From positions 1-15,176 of the forward strand of contig JAZDPL010000005.1 in the NCBI GenBank assembly GCA_043797665.1: DNA of 15,176 nt. Reading direction: 5' to 3'. Each line of letters opens with the position of its first letter. The stretch's first letter is position 1. Below, one piece after another: positions 1 to 8,544 of this stretch. Origin of the DNA: Candidatus Omnitrophota bacterium (GTDB lineage Bacteria; Ratteibacteria; UBA8468; MWAK01). Both the position numbers and the translations under genes were made by a program. The notes below the pieces were generated by a model. The model saw only the letters and a program-made list of their open reading frames with translations, made no database searches and was not told where the DNA came from.

Positions 1-48
1 AAATCAAGCCCCTACACCCCAAATGTAGGGGTTCAATTTATTGAACCC
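1..48. repeat. GTAG-type REP pair inside the open reading frame
   Basis: 1-16 AAATCAAGCCCCTACA is identical to 10748-10763. 25-48 = GTAG+GGGTTCAAT-TT-ATTGAACCC (9-bp stem). Confidence 0.85.
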
Positions 49-1542
49 GAAGGTAGGGTGAGAAACCTCCTGGCGTTATTTGGTGGTCTGCTCTTTGTCT
101 GCCACCCCATCCAGACCCAGGCGGTAACCTATATCATTCAACGCGCCGCCTCCTTTGCCACCTTCTGGTATCTCCTTACTCTTTGCCTCTACGCCAAAGC
201 CAGACTCTCTTCAGCCTCACGACCATATTACTTATGTTCTATCATCTCAGCCAGCTTAGCGCTATTTACCAAGGAGACTGCGGTCACCCTGCCTTTTATA
301 CTTATAGTCTGGGAGATTTGCTTTTTCCGGAAATTCACCAAAAGAACCGCAAAATGGATTGTACCGTTCTTTCTACCGTTGCTGGCCACGTTAGTAATTA
401 TCCGGATAACCGATATGGATAAAGAATTATACGGTTCTGCCTTGATTTCCTCTAAAGACTATCTTTTGACCCAGTTTCGGGTTATCGTTACCTATCTCAG
501 ACTCCTTCTGATTCCGATAAATCAGAACCTTGACTACGACTACCCCATTGTTAGAAGCCTTTTTAACCTGCCTGTCTTTGCCAGTCTTATTCTGCTTTTG
601 AGCATTTTGGCAACCGGATTTATTCTTTTCCGCAAATACCGGCTCTTATCCTTTGGCGTCTTCTGGTTCTTCCTTACCCTGGCACCAGAATCCAGTATCA
701 TACCTATTAAAGACGTCATCTTTGAACACCGGCTCTACCTGCCTATGGTTGGCTACTGTATCTTTCTGCCCTCTCTCTGCTATTATTTCTTTCCGAGAAG
801 ATTTCTGCGTTTTCTTCCGGTACTTCTGATCGTAGTGGTTACCATCTATGGAATCAGTACCTATCATAGAAATAGTATCTGGAAAGACGAAATTGCCCTC
901 TGGAACGACACAGTGAGTAAGTCTCCTAACAAGGCCCGGCCGTATAATAATCGCGGAATTCTGTATCTTTCCAGGGGTAAATACGACCAGGCTCTCGCAG
1001 ATTTCAATAGAGCAGTCATGATTGCCCCAGATTGTGCAGATGCTTACCTTAATCGGGGAGAAATTTATCATGAGAAAGGAGATTATGACAAAGCGTTGGC
1101 CGATTTTACCCAGGTACTAAAGATCGCTCCAGGTTATGCAAAAGCTTTTTGTAACCGCGGGGTTCTATATGAAAACAGAGGAGAATATGAGAAGGCAATC
1201 ACTGAGTATACTCAGGCGATAAAACTCGACAGGAATTATGTTCAGGTTCACTTCAATCGGGGGAATGCGTATCTAAACAAAAAAGAATTTGATAAGGCTA
1301 TTGCTGATTACACCCGGGCAATAGCGCTTACCCCAACTAATGCGGCCGCCTATAATAACCGGGGCTTCGCATATTTTTTAAAGAATGATTACACCAGTGC
1401 CTGGCAAGACCTTACTCAGGCAAAGACCTTAGGATACCAAGTACCTCCGGAATTGTTCAAAATTCTAAATCAAAATGCAAAATACGGGTCCCTTTTCCAT
1501 AGGATTGGAAAGGGCAAACTGACTTATGGTTCAGGAAATTAA
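1..1542 (+). CDS. Multi-TM membrane protein with C-terminal TPRs (TMTC/DUF1736-like putative glycosyltransferase), 5'-truncated by the window edge
   Basis: Frame +1 is open from base 1 (KSSPYTPNVGVQFIEPEGRVRNLLALF...), so GTG 58 is probably not the true start. Motifs HPIQTQAVTYI, ALFTKETAV, NLDYDYP, FEHRLYLP and RNSIWKDEIALW are typical of bacterial TMTC-like proteins, followed by 5 TPRs. Confidence 0.85.
   Translation, partial: KSSPYTPNVGVQFIEPEGRVRNLLALFGGLLFVCHPIQTQAVTYIIQRAASFATFWYLLTLCLYAKARLSSASRPYYLCSIISASLALFTKETAVTLPFILIVWEICFFRKFTKRTAKWIVPFFLPLLATLVIIRITDMDKELYGSALISSKDYLLTQFRVIVTYLRLLLIPINQNLDYDYPIVRSLFNLPVFASLILLLSILATGFILFRKYRLLSFGVFWFFLTLAPESSIIPIKDVIFEHRLYLPMVGYCIFLPSLCYYFFPRRFLRFLPVLLIVVVTIYGISTYHRNSIWKDEIALWNDTVSKSPNKARPYNNRGILYLSRGKYDQALADFNRAVMIAPDCADAYLNRGEIYHEKGDYDKALADFTQVLKIAPGYAKAFCNRGVLYENRGEYEKAITEYTQAIKLDRNYVQVHFNRGNAYLNKKEFDKAIADYTRAIALTPTNAAAYNNRGFAYFLKNDYTSAWQDLTQAKTLGYQVPPELFKILNQNAKYGSLFHRIGKGKLTYGSGN
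934..1443 (+). repeat. Five tandem 34-aa TPR motifs (protein-level repeat)
   Basis: Repeats begin ARPYNNRG, ADAYLNRG, AKAFCNRG, VQVHFNRG, AAAYNNRG at 34-aa spacing. Confidence 0.9.
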
Positions 1543-3892
1543 AATTTTAGGGAAGAGCGGACCGGAACTGAATGAAATCAGCCGGCAATACCTTCTGGCT
1601 TTAAACCAGAAAGAGATGGAAACGGTCCAGGATTACTTTAGCCGGCTGGGTCGCAATCCAAAAGATATTGAACTGGAAACGATTGCCCAAACCTGGTCGG
1701 AACATTGTATCCATAAGACCTTCCGCGGAGTAATTGAATACGAAGAAGACGGGAAAAAAGAAATAATTGACAATCTATTAAAATCAACCATTATCCGCGA
1801 AACAAAAGAACTTAATAAAGATTATTGCCTTTCGGTATTTGAAGACAACGCCGGCATCGTAGAATTTACGGAAGGACTGGGCATCGCCTTCAAGGTGGAG
1901 ACCCATAACCATCCCTCGGCTCTGGAACCTTACGGCGGTGCGGAGACCGGAATCGGAGGAGTTATCCGGGACATCTTAGGCGTGGGTCTGGGTGCCAAAC
2001 CTATCCTCAATACCGACATCTTCTGTTTTGGTTCCCTTGACTACCCTTATGAAAAATTGCCCCCGGGGGTCCTCCATCCTCGCAGGGTTTACAAAGGTGT
2101 GGTAAGCGGTGTCCGGGACTACGGGAACCGGATGGGAATTCCTACCGCTAACGGTGCCATCCTTTTTGATGAGGGTTACCTTGCCAATCCGTTGGTCTAC
2201 TGCGGAACCTTAGGATTGATTCCAAAGAACAAAATCAAGAAAAGCGTAAAACCGGGTGATTTAATTCTGGTAATCGGCGGACGGACCGGCCGGGACGGAA
2301 TCCACGGCGCCACCTTCTCTTCCCTCAGCCTTAAAAAAGGGATATCCGCCAGTGTGGTTCAGATTGGCGCACCCATTACCGAAAAGAAGTTCTTAGACGT
2401 ACTCCTGGTGGCTCGTGACCGTAACCTCTTTCGGAGCATTACCGACTGCGGTGCGGGTGGTCTTTCTTCCGCGGTCGGCGAGTTGGGACAAAAGACCGGT
2501 GCGGACGTCTACCTGGACAAAGTACCGCTGAAATACGCCGGACTTGCTTGTTGGGAGACCTGGGTCTCGGAAGCCCAGGAACGTATGGTCCTGGTGGTAC
2601 CGCCGGGAAATAAAAAAACTATCGCAGACCTTTTTGCCTCCGAAGGGGTTGAGGCTACTTTTATCGGAAAGTTTACCGGAAACGGCCGTCTGAGATTATT
2701 TGATAAAAAGAAAAAGGTCGGTGACTTAGAAACCTCGTTTCTCCATAAAGGCATACCCAGAGTTTACTGGAAAGCGGTTTATCATACCTCGAAAGTATCT
2801 GAACCCGATTTGCCGAACAACGTCGATTACGAAGGTGTTCTGAAAGCCCTTTTAAGTCATTATAATATTGCCAGCAAAGAGAAGGTTATCCGGCAGTATG
2901 ACCACGAAGTACAGGGACAGACAGTCCTTAAGCCGTTTGCCGGTTTTGACGGCCCGTCCGATGCGGTGATTCTGAAACCGCTCCTCACCAAAGGGAACAC
3001 CGGAATTGTGGTTTCCAACGGTATCAACTTATACGGAGAGATTGACCCATACCTCTCGGCCGGCAACGCCGTTGATGAAGCCTTGCGGAATCTGGTTGCG
3101 GTTGGAGGCAATCCGGAAAGAGCCAGTCTTTTAGACAACTTCTGCTGGGGAGACGTTAAGGACCCGGAAATTCTGGGTTCTCTGGTCCGGGCATCCCGCG
3201 CCTGTTATGACATCGGTAAAGGGTTCGGAGTTCCCTTTATCTCCGGGAAGGACAGCCTGAATAATTACTTTGTGACCGAAGAAGGAGAACGGATGTCCAT
3301 CCCCCCGACCCTGCTTATCTCCGGTCTTTCGGTGATTGAAGATATCCGGTACGCGGTATCTATGGATTTGAAAGAAAGCGGGAACCTGATTTATCTCTTA
3401 GGTGTGACCGAGGGAAGCGAAACCGGCGGTTCCCACTATTTAAAAATATTGAAGAAAAATGGGGGGGAAGTCCCCAATATTGACGTAGAGTCAGCCAAAA
3501 AACGAATGATTACCCTGCACCGGGCAATGATTTCCGGTCTGGTCCTTTCCTGCCACGACCTTTCGGAAGGAGGACTTGGTGTTGCGGTTGCGGAGATGGC
3601 GTTCAGCGGACGGATAGGTATAGAGATAGATTTAAGGAAATCTGTTTATAATGATGGTAAAAGACGTTCCGACAGGGTCCTCTTCTCAGAATCTGCCAGC
3701 AGATTTCTGGTTGAGGTAACACCGGAAAACCAATCTGCTTTTGAAACACTATTTACCGGTCAGCCAATCAGCCTGATCGGCAAAACAATAAAAGAACCTC
3801 TCCTGAAAATCTCCGGTTTAGATGGCGAGAACATCCTTGCCGGTGATATTATTGCCCTGGGAGAAATCTGGCGGAATAGCCTACCGTGGTAA
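1526..3892 (+). CDS. purL: Phosphoribosylformylglycinamidine synthase subunit PurL (small-type, FGAM synthase II)
   Basis: Motifs QTWSEHCIHKTF, KVETHNHPSALEPYGGAETGIGGVIRD, GRDGIHGATFSS, DCGAGGLSSA, SEAQERM, QYDHEVQ, ISGKDSLNN, HDLSEGGL; 788 aa with no glutaminase domain. Confidence 0.97.
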   Translation: MVQEIKILGKSGPELNEISRQYLLALNQKEMETVQDYFSRLGRNPKDIELETIAQTWSEHCIHKTFRGVIEYEEDGKKEIIDNLLKSTIIRETKELNKDYCLSVFEDNAGIVEFTEGLGIAFKVETHNHPSALEPYGGAETGIGGVIRDILGVGLGAKPILNTDIFCFGSLDYPYEKLPPGVLHPRRVYKGVVSGVRDYGNRMGIPTANGAILFDEGYLANPLVYCGTLGLIPKNKIKKSVKPGDLILVIGGRTGRDGIHGATFSSLSLKKGISASVVQIGAPITEKKFLDVLLVARDRNLFRSITDCGAGGLSSAVGELGQKTGADVYLDKVPLKYAGLACWETWVSEAQERMVLVVPPGNKKTIADLFASEGVEATFIGKFTGNGRLRLFDKKKKVGDLETSFLHKGIPRVYWKAVYHTSKVSEPDLPNNVDYEGVLKALLSHYNIASKEKVIRQYDHEVQGQTVLKPFAGFDGPSDAVILKPLLTKGNTGIVVSNGINLYGEIDPYLSAGNAVDEALRNLVAVGGNPERASLLDNFCWGDVKDPEILGSLVRASRACYDIGKGFGVPFISGKDSLNNYFVTEEGERMSIPPTLLISGLSVIEDIRYAVSMDLKESGNLIYLLGVTEGSETGGSHYLKILKKNGGEVPNIDVESAKKRMITLHRAMISGLVLSCHDLSEGGLGVAVAEMAFSGRIGIEIDLRKSVYNDGKRRSDRVLFSESASRFLVEVTPENQSAFETLFTGQPISLIGKTIKEPLLKISGLDGENILAGDIIALGEIWRNSLPW

Positions 3893-4879
3893 CAGTTCGG
3901 GGAATCCTTTAGTGGTATGAAAAATCTGGCCGGGCATAATGATTAATGCTTCCACACCAGGTGTATCTTCCGCAAGTTTTATCCCCTTCTCCGGTCCTAA
4001 GACCGTAAACGCAGTAGACAAGCCATCTGCTAAGAGAGCGGTTGAAGCAATTACCGTCACACCCTCCGGATAATTTCCTTCCAGGGAGCCGGTCTTTGGA
4101 TTAAGAATATGGCTGTAACGCTTTCCTTTAATTTCAAAATAGCGCTGGTAATTACCGCTGGTAGAAACGCCCCGGTCCTTAATCAAAACAGCGCCGATAA
4201 CACCTTCTCCGCGTGGGTTCTGGATGCCAACCTTCCACTTGCCCTGATGGGGACCGGTTCCAAAGGCATACAGGTTTCCGCCTAAATTGACGATACCGGA
4301 CTTCACACCGTAAGATTTCAGAAGAAAAACCGCCTCGTCCACCGCGGCGCCTTTTCCGATACCGCCCAAATCTACGGCCATCCTTTTTTTGGTAAACCAC
4401 ACCGTTCCATCTTCTTCTATCTTAAGATTCTGATAACCAACCAGAGGAAGGAGAGGTTTCAAATCGGAAGATTTCCCTGATTTCTCGGCTTCTCTCCAGG
4501 CTGACATCAGCGGTGCCACGGTAATATCAAAGGCACCGTCTGAGATACGGGAAATCTCCTGGGATTTTTTCAAAAGAGACCGGGTCTCCGGGGAAGATTT
4601 TATTTTGCCTTTCCGGTTCAGACGGGAAATTTCGCTCTCCGGCCGATAGAAAGACCAGAGGCTTTCCAAATACCGCATCCGGCTAAAGACCGCGTTGGCG
4701 ATATTCTCAGGATTGGTCCCCGGTACCGGTATAAAGGTAAGGTCGCAGAAAGTTCCCATAACCAGACTGGAATAATGCACCTGCTGCTCTTCCCTGCTGC
4801 ACGAAACAAAAAGCAGACCAAAGAGAACCAGCAGGATGGGTTGCCAGGATATTTTTTTCCTTTTCTCCCGGTGTTTCAT
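3881..4879 (-). CDS. apbE: FAD:protein FMN transferase lipoprotein (ApbE family)
   Basis: Signal peptide with lipobox FVSC; motifs MGT, SEISRLN, GAFDITVAPL, DLGGIGKG, STSGNY, HILNPKTG, ADGLSTA. Overlaps the purL 3' end by 12 nt, convergently. Confidence 0.93.
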   Translation of the reverse strand: MKHREKRKKISWQPILLVLFGLLFVSCSREEQQVHYSSLVMGTFCDLTFIPVPGTNPENIANAVFSRMRYLESLWSFYRPESEISRLNRKGKIKSSPETRSLLKKSQEISRISDGAFDITVAPLMSAWREAEKSGKSSDLKPLLPLVGYQNLKIEEDGTVWFTKKRMAVDLGGIGKGAAVDEAVFLLKSYGVKSGIVNLGGNLYAFGTGPHQGKWKVGIQNPRGEGVIGAVLIKDRGVSTSGNYQRYFEIKGKRYSHILNPKTGSLEGNYPEGVTVIASTALLADGLSTAFTVLGPEKGIKLAEDTPGVEALIIMPGQIFHTTKGFPELLPR

Positions 4880-4887
4880 ACCACGAT

Positions 4888-4893
4888 ATTATA
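4888..4893 (-). promoter_or_regulatory. Possible -10 box (TATAAT) for apbE
   Basis: ATTATA on + reads TATAAT on -, 8 nt before the ATG at 4879; no recognisable -35 or SD. Confidence 0.35.
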
Positions 4894-4916
4894 CTACACA
4901 AATGTCCTGGTCCACC

Positions 4917-5020
4917 TGTCATTCCCGCAAGCCTGCCCCTGAATGCAGTAAACAGGGGTGTTTAGCGGGAATCGGTTAGCCCACAATATAGATTCCTGCT
5001 TACTATCCGCAGGAATGACA
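4917..5020. repeat. TGTC/CGTC-type REP doublet (ATTCCYGC..GCRGGAAT arms) with a nested hairpin
   Basis: Starts TGTCATTCCCGC and ends GCAGGAATGACA. Right arm 4991-5020 matches the reverse complement of 7362-7391 at 29/30. Nested CCCCTG..CAGGGG at 4936-4958. Confidence 0.9.
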
Positions 5021-5057
5021 ATGCCGAAACCGACGGCGTTACTTCTGCAGACGTCAC

Positions 5058-5086
5058 TTGACATTCGGGAAAAATCAGGGTATAAT
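5058..5086 (+). promoter_or_regulatory. Consensus sigma70 promoter for the gntR-GRE operon
   Basis: TTGACA (5058-5063), 17-nt spacer, TATAAT (5081-5086): exact consensus. Confidence 0.9.
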
Positions 5087-5109
5087 AGTGGTAAAGTTAT
5101 ATTACCACT
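5087..5109. promoter_or_regulatory. Palindromic operator, likely the GntR/FadR binding site
   Basis: AGTGGTAA-N7-TTACCACT directly after the -10 box and over the expected TSS; TGGT...ACCA cores are typical of FadR-subfamily sites. Confidence 0.7.
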
Positions 5110-5122
5110 TTTTAGCCAGATT

Positions 5123-5875
5123 ATGGCCGAGAAAAGACTTCCCGGGTTGAAGCGGATGGAAAGGGTGACTTTTGCGGATAATATTGCCCGGGACCTTTTA
5201 CAGTATATCGTTTCCCATAATCTCCAATCCGGCAGCCGGCTCCCCTCCGAACGTAAATTAAGCGAAATTCTGGGGGTGAGCCGTTTACCCTTACGGGAAG
5301 CCTTTGCCCGTTTACGCGGAGTAGGTATTCTGGAATCCCGCCAGGGAAGCGGTACCCGCATAAGTAAGGTAATACCTCACGCCATCTTTCGGACCATCTC
5401 CCCCTTTTTCTGCCAGCAACACCGCTTAGGTATTCAGGAAATGCTGGAAGCCAGAAAGACGATTGAAATACCAATCGTAAAATTAGCGGCGTTTAACAGG
5501 ACCCGGGAGGAAATTTTCCGCCTGAAAGCAGACCTCAAAAAGATGGAAAAAACGTTAGACAAAAACCGGGAATCGTTTATCGAAGCGGATATGGATTTCC
5601 ATTACACCCTGGCGCTGGCAAGTCGGAACTGCATCCTGCGCACGTTTATGGAACTGATGCATGCCCTGATGATTGAAGTCCAGCACTTATTTCCGGATAA
5701 AACAACCAATCGCCGACAGTCCCTCAATTTCCATCGCAAGATGCTGGAGGCCGTGGAGAAAAAAGACCGGTCAAAAGCAGCAAAAGAGATGGAACAACAT
5801 TTAAATAATATTGGAGATAGAATTAAAGGGGCAACCCCTAAAGAGAAAATAGGAGGTAGGGATGCTGCTACATAA
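5123..5875 (+). CDS. GntR family, FadR subfamily transcriptional regulator (wHTH + FCD domain)
   Basis: GSRLPSERKLSEILGVSRLPLREA...GSGT wHTH; FCD motifs EARKTIE, ADMDFHYTLALASRN, FHRKMLEA, MEQHL. Start moved to ATG 5123 because the 4958 start lies in a repeat upstream of the promoter. Confidence 0.92.
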   Translation: MAEKRLPGLKRMERVTFADNIARDLLQYIVSHNLQSGSRLPSERKLSEILGVSRLPLREAFARLRGVGILESRQGSGTRISKVIPHAIFRTISPFFCQQHRLGIQEMLEARKTIEIPIVKLAAFNRTREEIFRLKADLKKMEKTLDKNRESFIEADMDFHYTLALASRNCILRTFMELMHALMIEVQHLFPDKTTNRRQSLNFHRKMLEAVEKKDRSKAAKEMEQHLNNIGDRIKGATPKEKIGGRDAAT

Positions 5876-7337
5876 TAATCTGTTTATTGACCATAAGTGG
5901 ATTGAGTCAAAAGGAGGTAAGAAAGGTAAGGTTTTGAACCCGGCTACCAACGAAGTGCTGGGTGAAATTACCCTGGCAGACGCTCCGGATGTAACCCTGG
6001 CCGTGGAGACCGCCAGCCAGGCGTTTGAAAAAGGGCTCTGGCACAAAAAACCCCTGCTGGAACGGAGCGCTATCCTGAACCGGGTCGGTGACCTCATCAC
6101 AAAGAATGCGGAAGAATTATCACAGATTGAGACCGCGGATGTGGGAAAGCCGATTACGGAAAGCAGGAATATTGACATTCCTTCCTCGGCGGATACGTTT
6201 CATTACTTTGCCAACCTGATGTCTGACATCGGCGGCGAGGTTATCCCCTCCGCTATCCCGGACATTATGGACTATACCGTCCACGAACCCTTGGGTGTGG
6301 TGGCGGCAATCACTCCCTGGAACTTCCCCTTCTTAATTGCCAGCCGTAAATTAGCCAGCGCCCTGGCTGCCGGTAACAGCGTGGTAATAAAACCATCCAG
6401 CCTGGCTCCGTTCAGTACCCTCCGGTTAATGGATCTGCTGACAGATGCCGGGGTGCCGGAAGGGGTAGTCAATGCCATTACCGGAAGCGGTGGAATCATC
6501 GGAGAAGCCCTGACCACTCTGCCTCAGGTTCAGGATATAAGTTTTACCGGTTCCACGGAAGTAGGTAAAACCCTGATGAGTTGTTGTTCTGAAAATTTAA
6601 AGGGTGTAGGGTTGGAATTGGGTGGTAAAAGCCCGGCTCTGGTTCTGCCGGACGCTAATCTTCAGGAGACGCTGGACGGCATTCTTTTCGGGATATTCCT
6701 CAACCAGGGCGAGTGCTGCTGTGCGGCAACCAGAATTCTGGTTCATAAAGATATTTATGACCGTTTTGTACCGGAACTTGTCTCCGCGACAAAAGCGCTC
6801 CGGGTTGGCTTACCCCGGGAAGAAAAGACCCAGATGGGCCCGCTCGTCAGTCAGGAACATCTGGAAACAGTCCTGAACTATATTGAGGATGGGAAAAAAG
6901 CCGGAGCCAGACTTCTCTGCGGAGGAAACCGGTTAAAAAAAGGGGTACTGAATAAAGGAAATTTTGTTTCCCCGGCCATTTTTGCAGAGGTAAGCCGGGA
7001 TATGCGCATCTTCCAGGAAGAGATATTCGGACCGGTGGCAGTGGTTACAAAATGTTCCGGCATTGAAGAGATGGTTGCCCTGGCGAATGACAGCATCTAC
7101 GGCTTGGCTGCCAGCATCTGGACCAATAACCTCAAAGAAGGACACCGAATCGCCAGCCGTCTGAAATCAGGAACGGTCTGGATGAATTTACATAATTTCG
7201 TTATGCCGATGGGTCCGTACGGCGGATATAAGATGAGCGGATTGGGCCGGGAGTTGGGACGGGAAGGTGTTCTGGCTCTAATGCAGACTAAAAACGTGAT
7301 GGTTAACTTAATGGAAAAACCATTTAAATGGTACTAA
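5862..7337 (+). CDS. NAD(P)+-dependent aldehyde dehydrogenase (non-acylating type)
   Basis: PWNFP, KPS, FTGSTEVG, LELGGKSP, NQGECCCA, EEIFGPV, YGL, PYGGYKMSGLGRE; SD AGGAGGT at 5851-5857; overlaps the regulator by 14 nt. Confidence 0.95.
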   Translation: MLLHNNLFIDHKWIESKGGKKGKVLNPATNEVLGEITLADAPDVTLAVETASQAFEKGLWHKKPLLERSAILNRVGDLITKNAEELSQIETADVGKPITESRNIDIPSSADTFHYFANLMSDIGGEVIPSAIPDIMDYTVHEPLGVVAAITPWNFPFLIASRKLASALAAGNSVVIKPSSLAPFSTLRLMDLLTDAGVPEGVVNAITGSGGIIGEALTTLPQVQDISFTGSTEVGKTLMSCCSENLKGVGLELGGKSPALVLPDANLQETLDGILFGIFLNQGECCCAATRILVHKDIYDRFVPELVSATKALRVGLPREEKTQMGPLVSQEHLETVLNYIEDGKKAGARLLCGGNRLKKGVLNKGNFVSPAIFAEVSRDMRIFQEEIFGPVAVVTKCSGIEEMVALANDSIYGLAASIWTNNLKEGHRIASRLKSGTVWMNLHNFVMPMGPYGGYKMSGLGRELGREGVLALMQTKNVMVNLMEKPFKWY

Positions 7338-7361
7338 TATAACAAACGACATAAATAATTC

Positions 7362-7453
7362 TGTCATTCCTGCGGATAGTTAGCAGGAATCCCTGCTTAC
7401 TGCATGCAGGGACGACGTCTATGGATTCCCGCTTAAATCATGCGGGAATGACA
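7362..7453. repeat. TGTC/CGTC-type REP doublet with a central nested hairpin
   Basis: TGTCATTCCTGC..GCAGGAATC / CCCTGC..GCAGGG / GATTCCCGC..GCGGGAATGACA; same family as 4917-5020, in inverted orientation. Confidence 0.9.
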
Positions 7454-7463
7454 AAGGACTCGT

Positions 7464-8459
7464 ATGAAAAAGTTTAAGGTGGCGGTAAGTGATTATGTTT
7501 TTCCTGATTTGAAGCCGGAGGAAGAGATACTTTCACCGTTAGGGGTGGAGATTCTTTCCGGGCAAAGCCGGAGCGTGGAAGAGTTAATAGCATTGACAAA
7601 AGAGGCAGATGCTCTTCTGAACTGTTACTTTAAGCCGGTCGGTGAAGAGGTTTTCCGGGCAAGTCCGAGATTAAAGACGGTGGTACGCTACGGCATCGGC
7701 GTGGATACGATTGACATTCCCGCAGCCACCCGGTACGGAATTATGGTTGCCAACATTCCGGACTACTGCCTGGAAGAAGTATCCGACCATACCATCAGCC
7801 TTATTTTTGCCTTGTCCCGCAAGATTGTCCTATCCGATAAAAAGGTCAAAGAAGGCGATTACAGCCTCAGTTATCTGAAACCAATCTTCAAACTGCAGGG
7901 AAAGACCATCGGGTTCCTGGGGTTTGGCAGAATTGCACAAATGGTGGCAAAAAAATTGGCAAACTTCGGTTTGAAATTTATCTTTTATGACCCCTATCTG
8001 AAAGAAGACGCGGTCGAAAAGACGCAAAAGGTTTCCCTCCAGGAAATCTTAAGTTCCAGCGATTATCTCCTGGTCCATACACCGGAGACAAAAGAAACTG
8101 CACATCTCTTGAACCGGGAGACTCTTTCGCTGATGAAACCGACCGCCTGCCTTATCAATACCGCCCGGGGCGGAATTATTGATACTCCGGCGCTCATTGA
8201 AATGTTACAATCCGGTAAATTAGCCGGTGCAGGGTTAGACGTGATGGAAGGCATACCTCCGATTAACCCGGACCACCTTCTCTGTAAAATGGATAATGTA
8301 ATACTGACGCCCCACTCCGCCTGGTACTCTGAAGATGCGTTAAGAGAACTCCAGACGAAGGCAGCCCAGGAAGTTGCCCGGGTCCTTTCCGGGGAAAAAC
8401 CCAGGTCGTTACTAAATCCGGAAGTACTTAAAACAGAAAACTTTAAATTGTCACTCTGA
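7464..8459 (+). CDS. D-isomer-specific 2-hydroxyacid dehydrogenase family protein (CtBP/SerA-like, no ACT domain)
   Basis: RYGIGVDTID, NIPDYCLEEVSDH, GFGRIA, YDPY, HTPET, INTARGG, LDV, TPHSAWYS. Confidence 0.92.
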   Translation: MKKFKVAVSDYVFPDLKPEEEILSPLGVEILSGQSRSVEELIALTKEADALLNCYFKPVGEEVFRASPRLKTVVRYGIGVDTIDIPAATRYGIMVANIPDYCLEEVSDHTISLIFALSRKIVLSDKKVKEGDYSLSYLKPIFKLQGKTIGFLGFGRIAQMVAKKLANFGLKFIFYDPYLKEDAVEKTQKVSLQEILSSSDYLLVHTPETKETAHLLNRETLSLMKPTACLINTARGGIIDTPALIEMLQSGKLAGAGLDVMEGIPPINPDHLLCKMDNVILTPHSAWYSEDALRELQTKAAQEVARVLSGEKPRSLLNPEVLKTENFKLSL

Positions 8460-8536
8460 ACGAAGTGAAGAGTCTTAGATTCTTCGATCGCTTCCACCCC
8501 TTACCAAGGGTAAGGGGACCCGTCCTCAGAATGACA
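8449..8536. repeat. Second TGTC-type REP doublet (CTCAGAATGACA family) with a nested perfect hairpin
   Basis: TGTCACTCTGAACGAAGTGAAGAGTC...AGATTCTTCG...CTCAGAATGACA; nested CCCCTTACC-AAG-GGTAAGGGG at 8497-8517; related to 12964-13033. Confidence 0.85.
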
Positions 8537-8544
8537 GGAGAACA

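Noticed and set aside
58..60. GTG 58 as the start of the TPR protein
   Set aside because: The frame is open to the window edge and the family normally has more N-terminal TM helices.
3881..4879. apbE as part of the GRE system
   Set aside because: It is divergently oriented, encodes an extracytoplasmic lipoprotein, and no FMN-binding target is visible in the operon.
5087..5113. Palindrome plus T-run as an intrinsic terminator
   Set aside because: The expected TSS falls within the left arm, so the hairpin would not be fully transcribed from this promoter; an operator fits better.
4958..5122. 55-aa N-terminal extension of the GntR regulator in the ORF track
   Set aside because: It starts inside a REP and runs through the consensus promoter and operator; ATG 5123 gives a normal 250-aa FadR-type protein.
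7464..8459. Calling the dehydrogenase serA
   Set aside because: No ACT/ASB domain, catabolic context, and the catalytic Glu position is altered.
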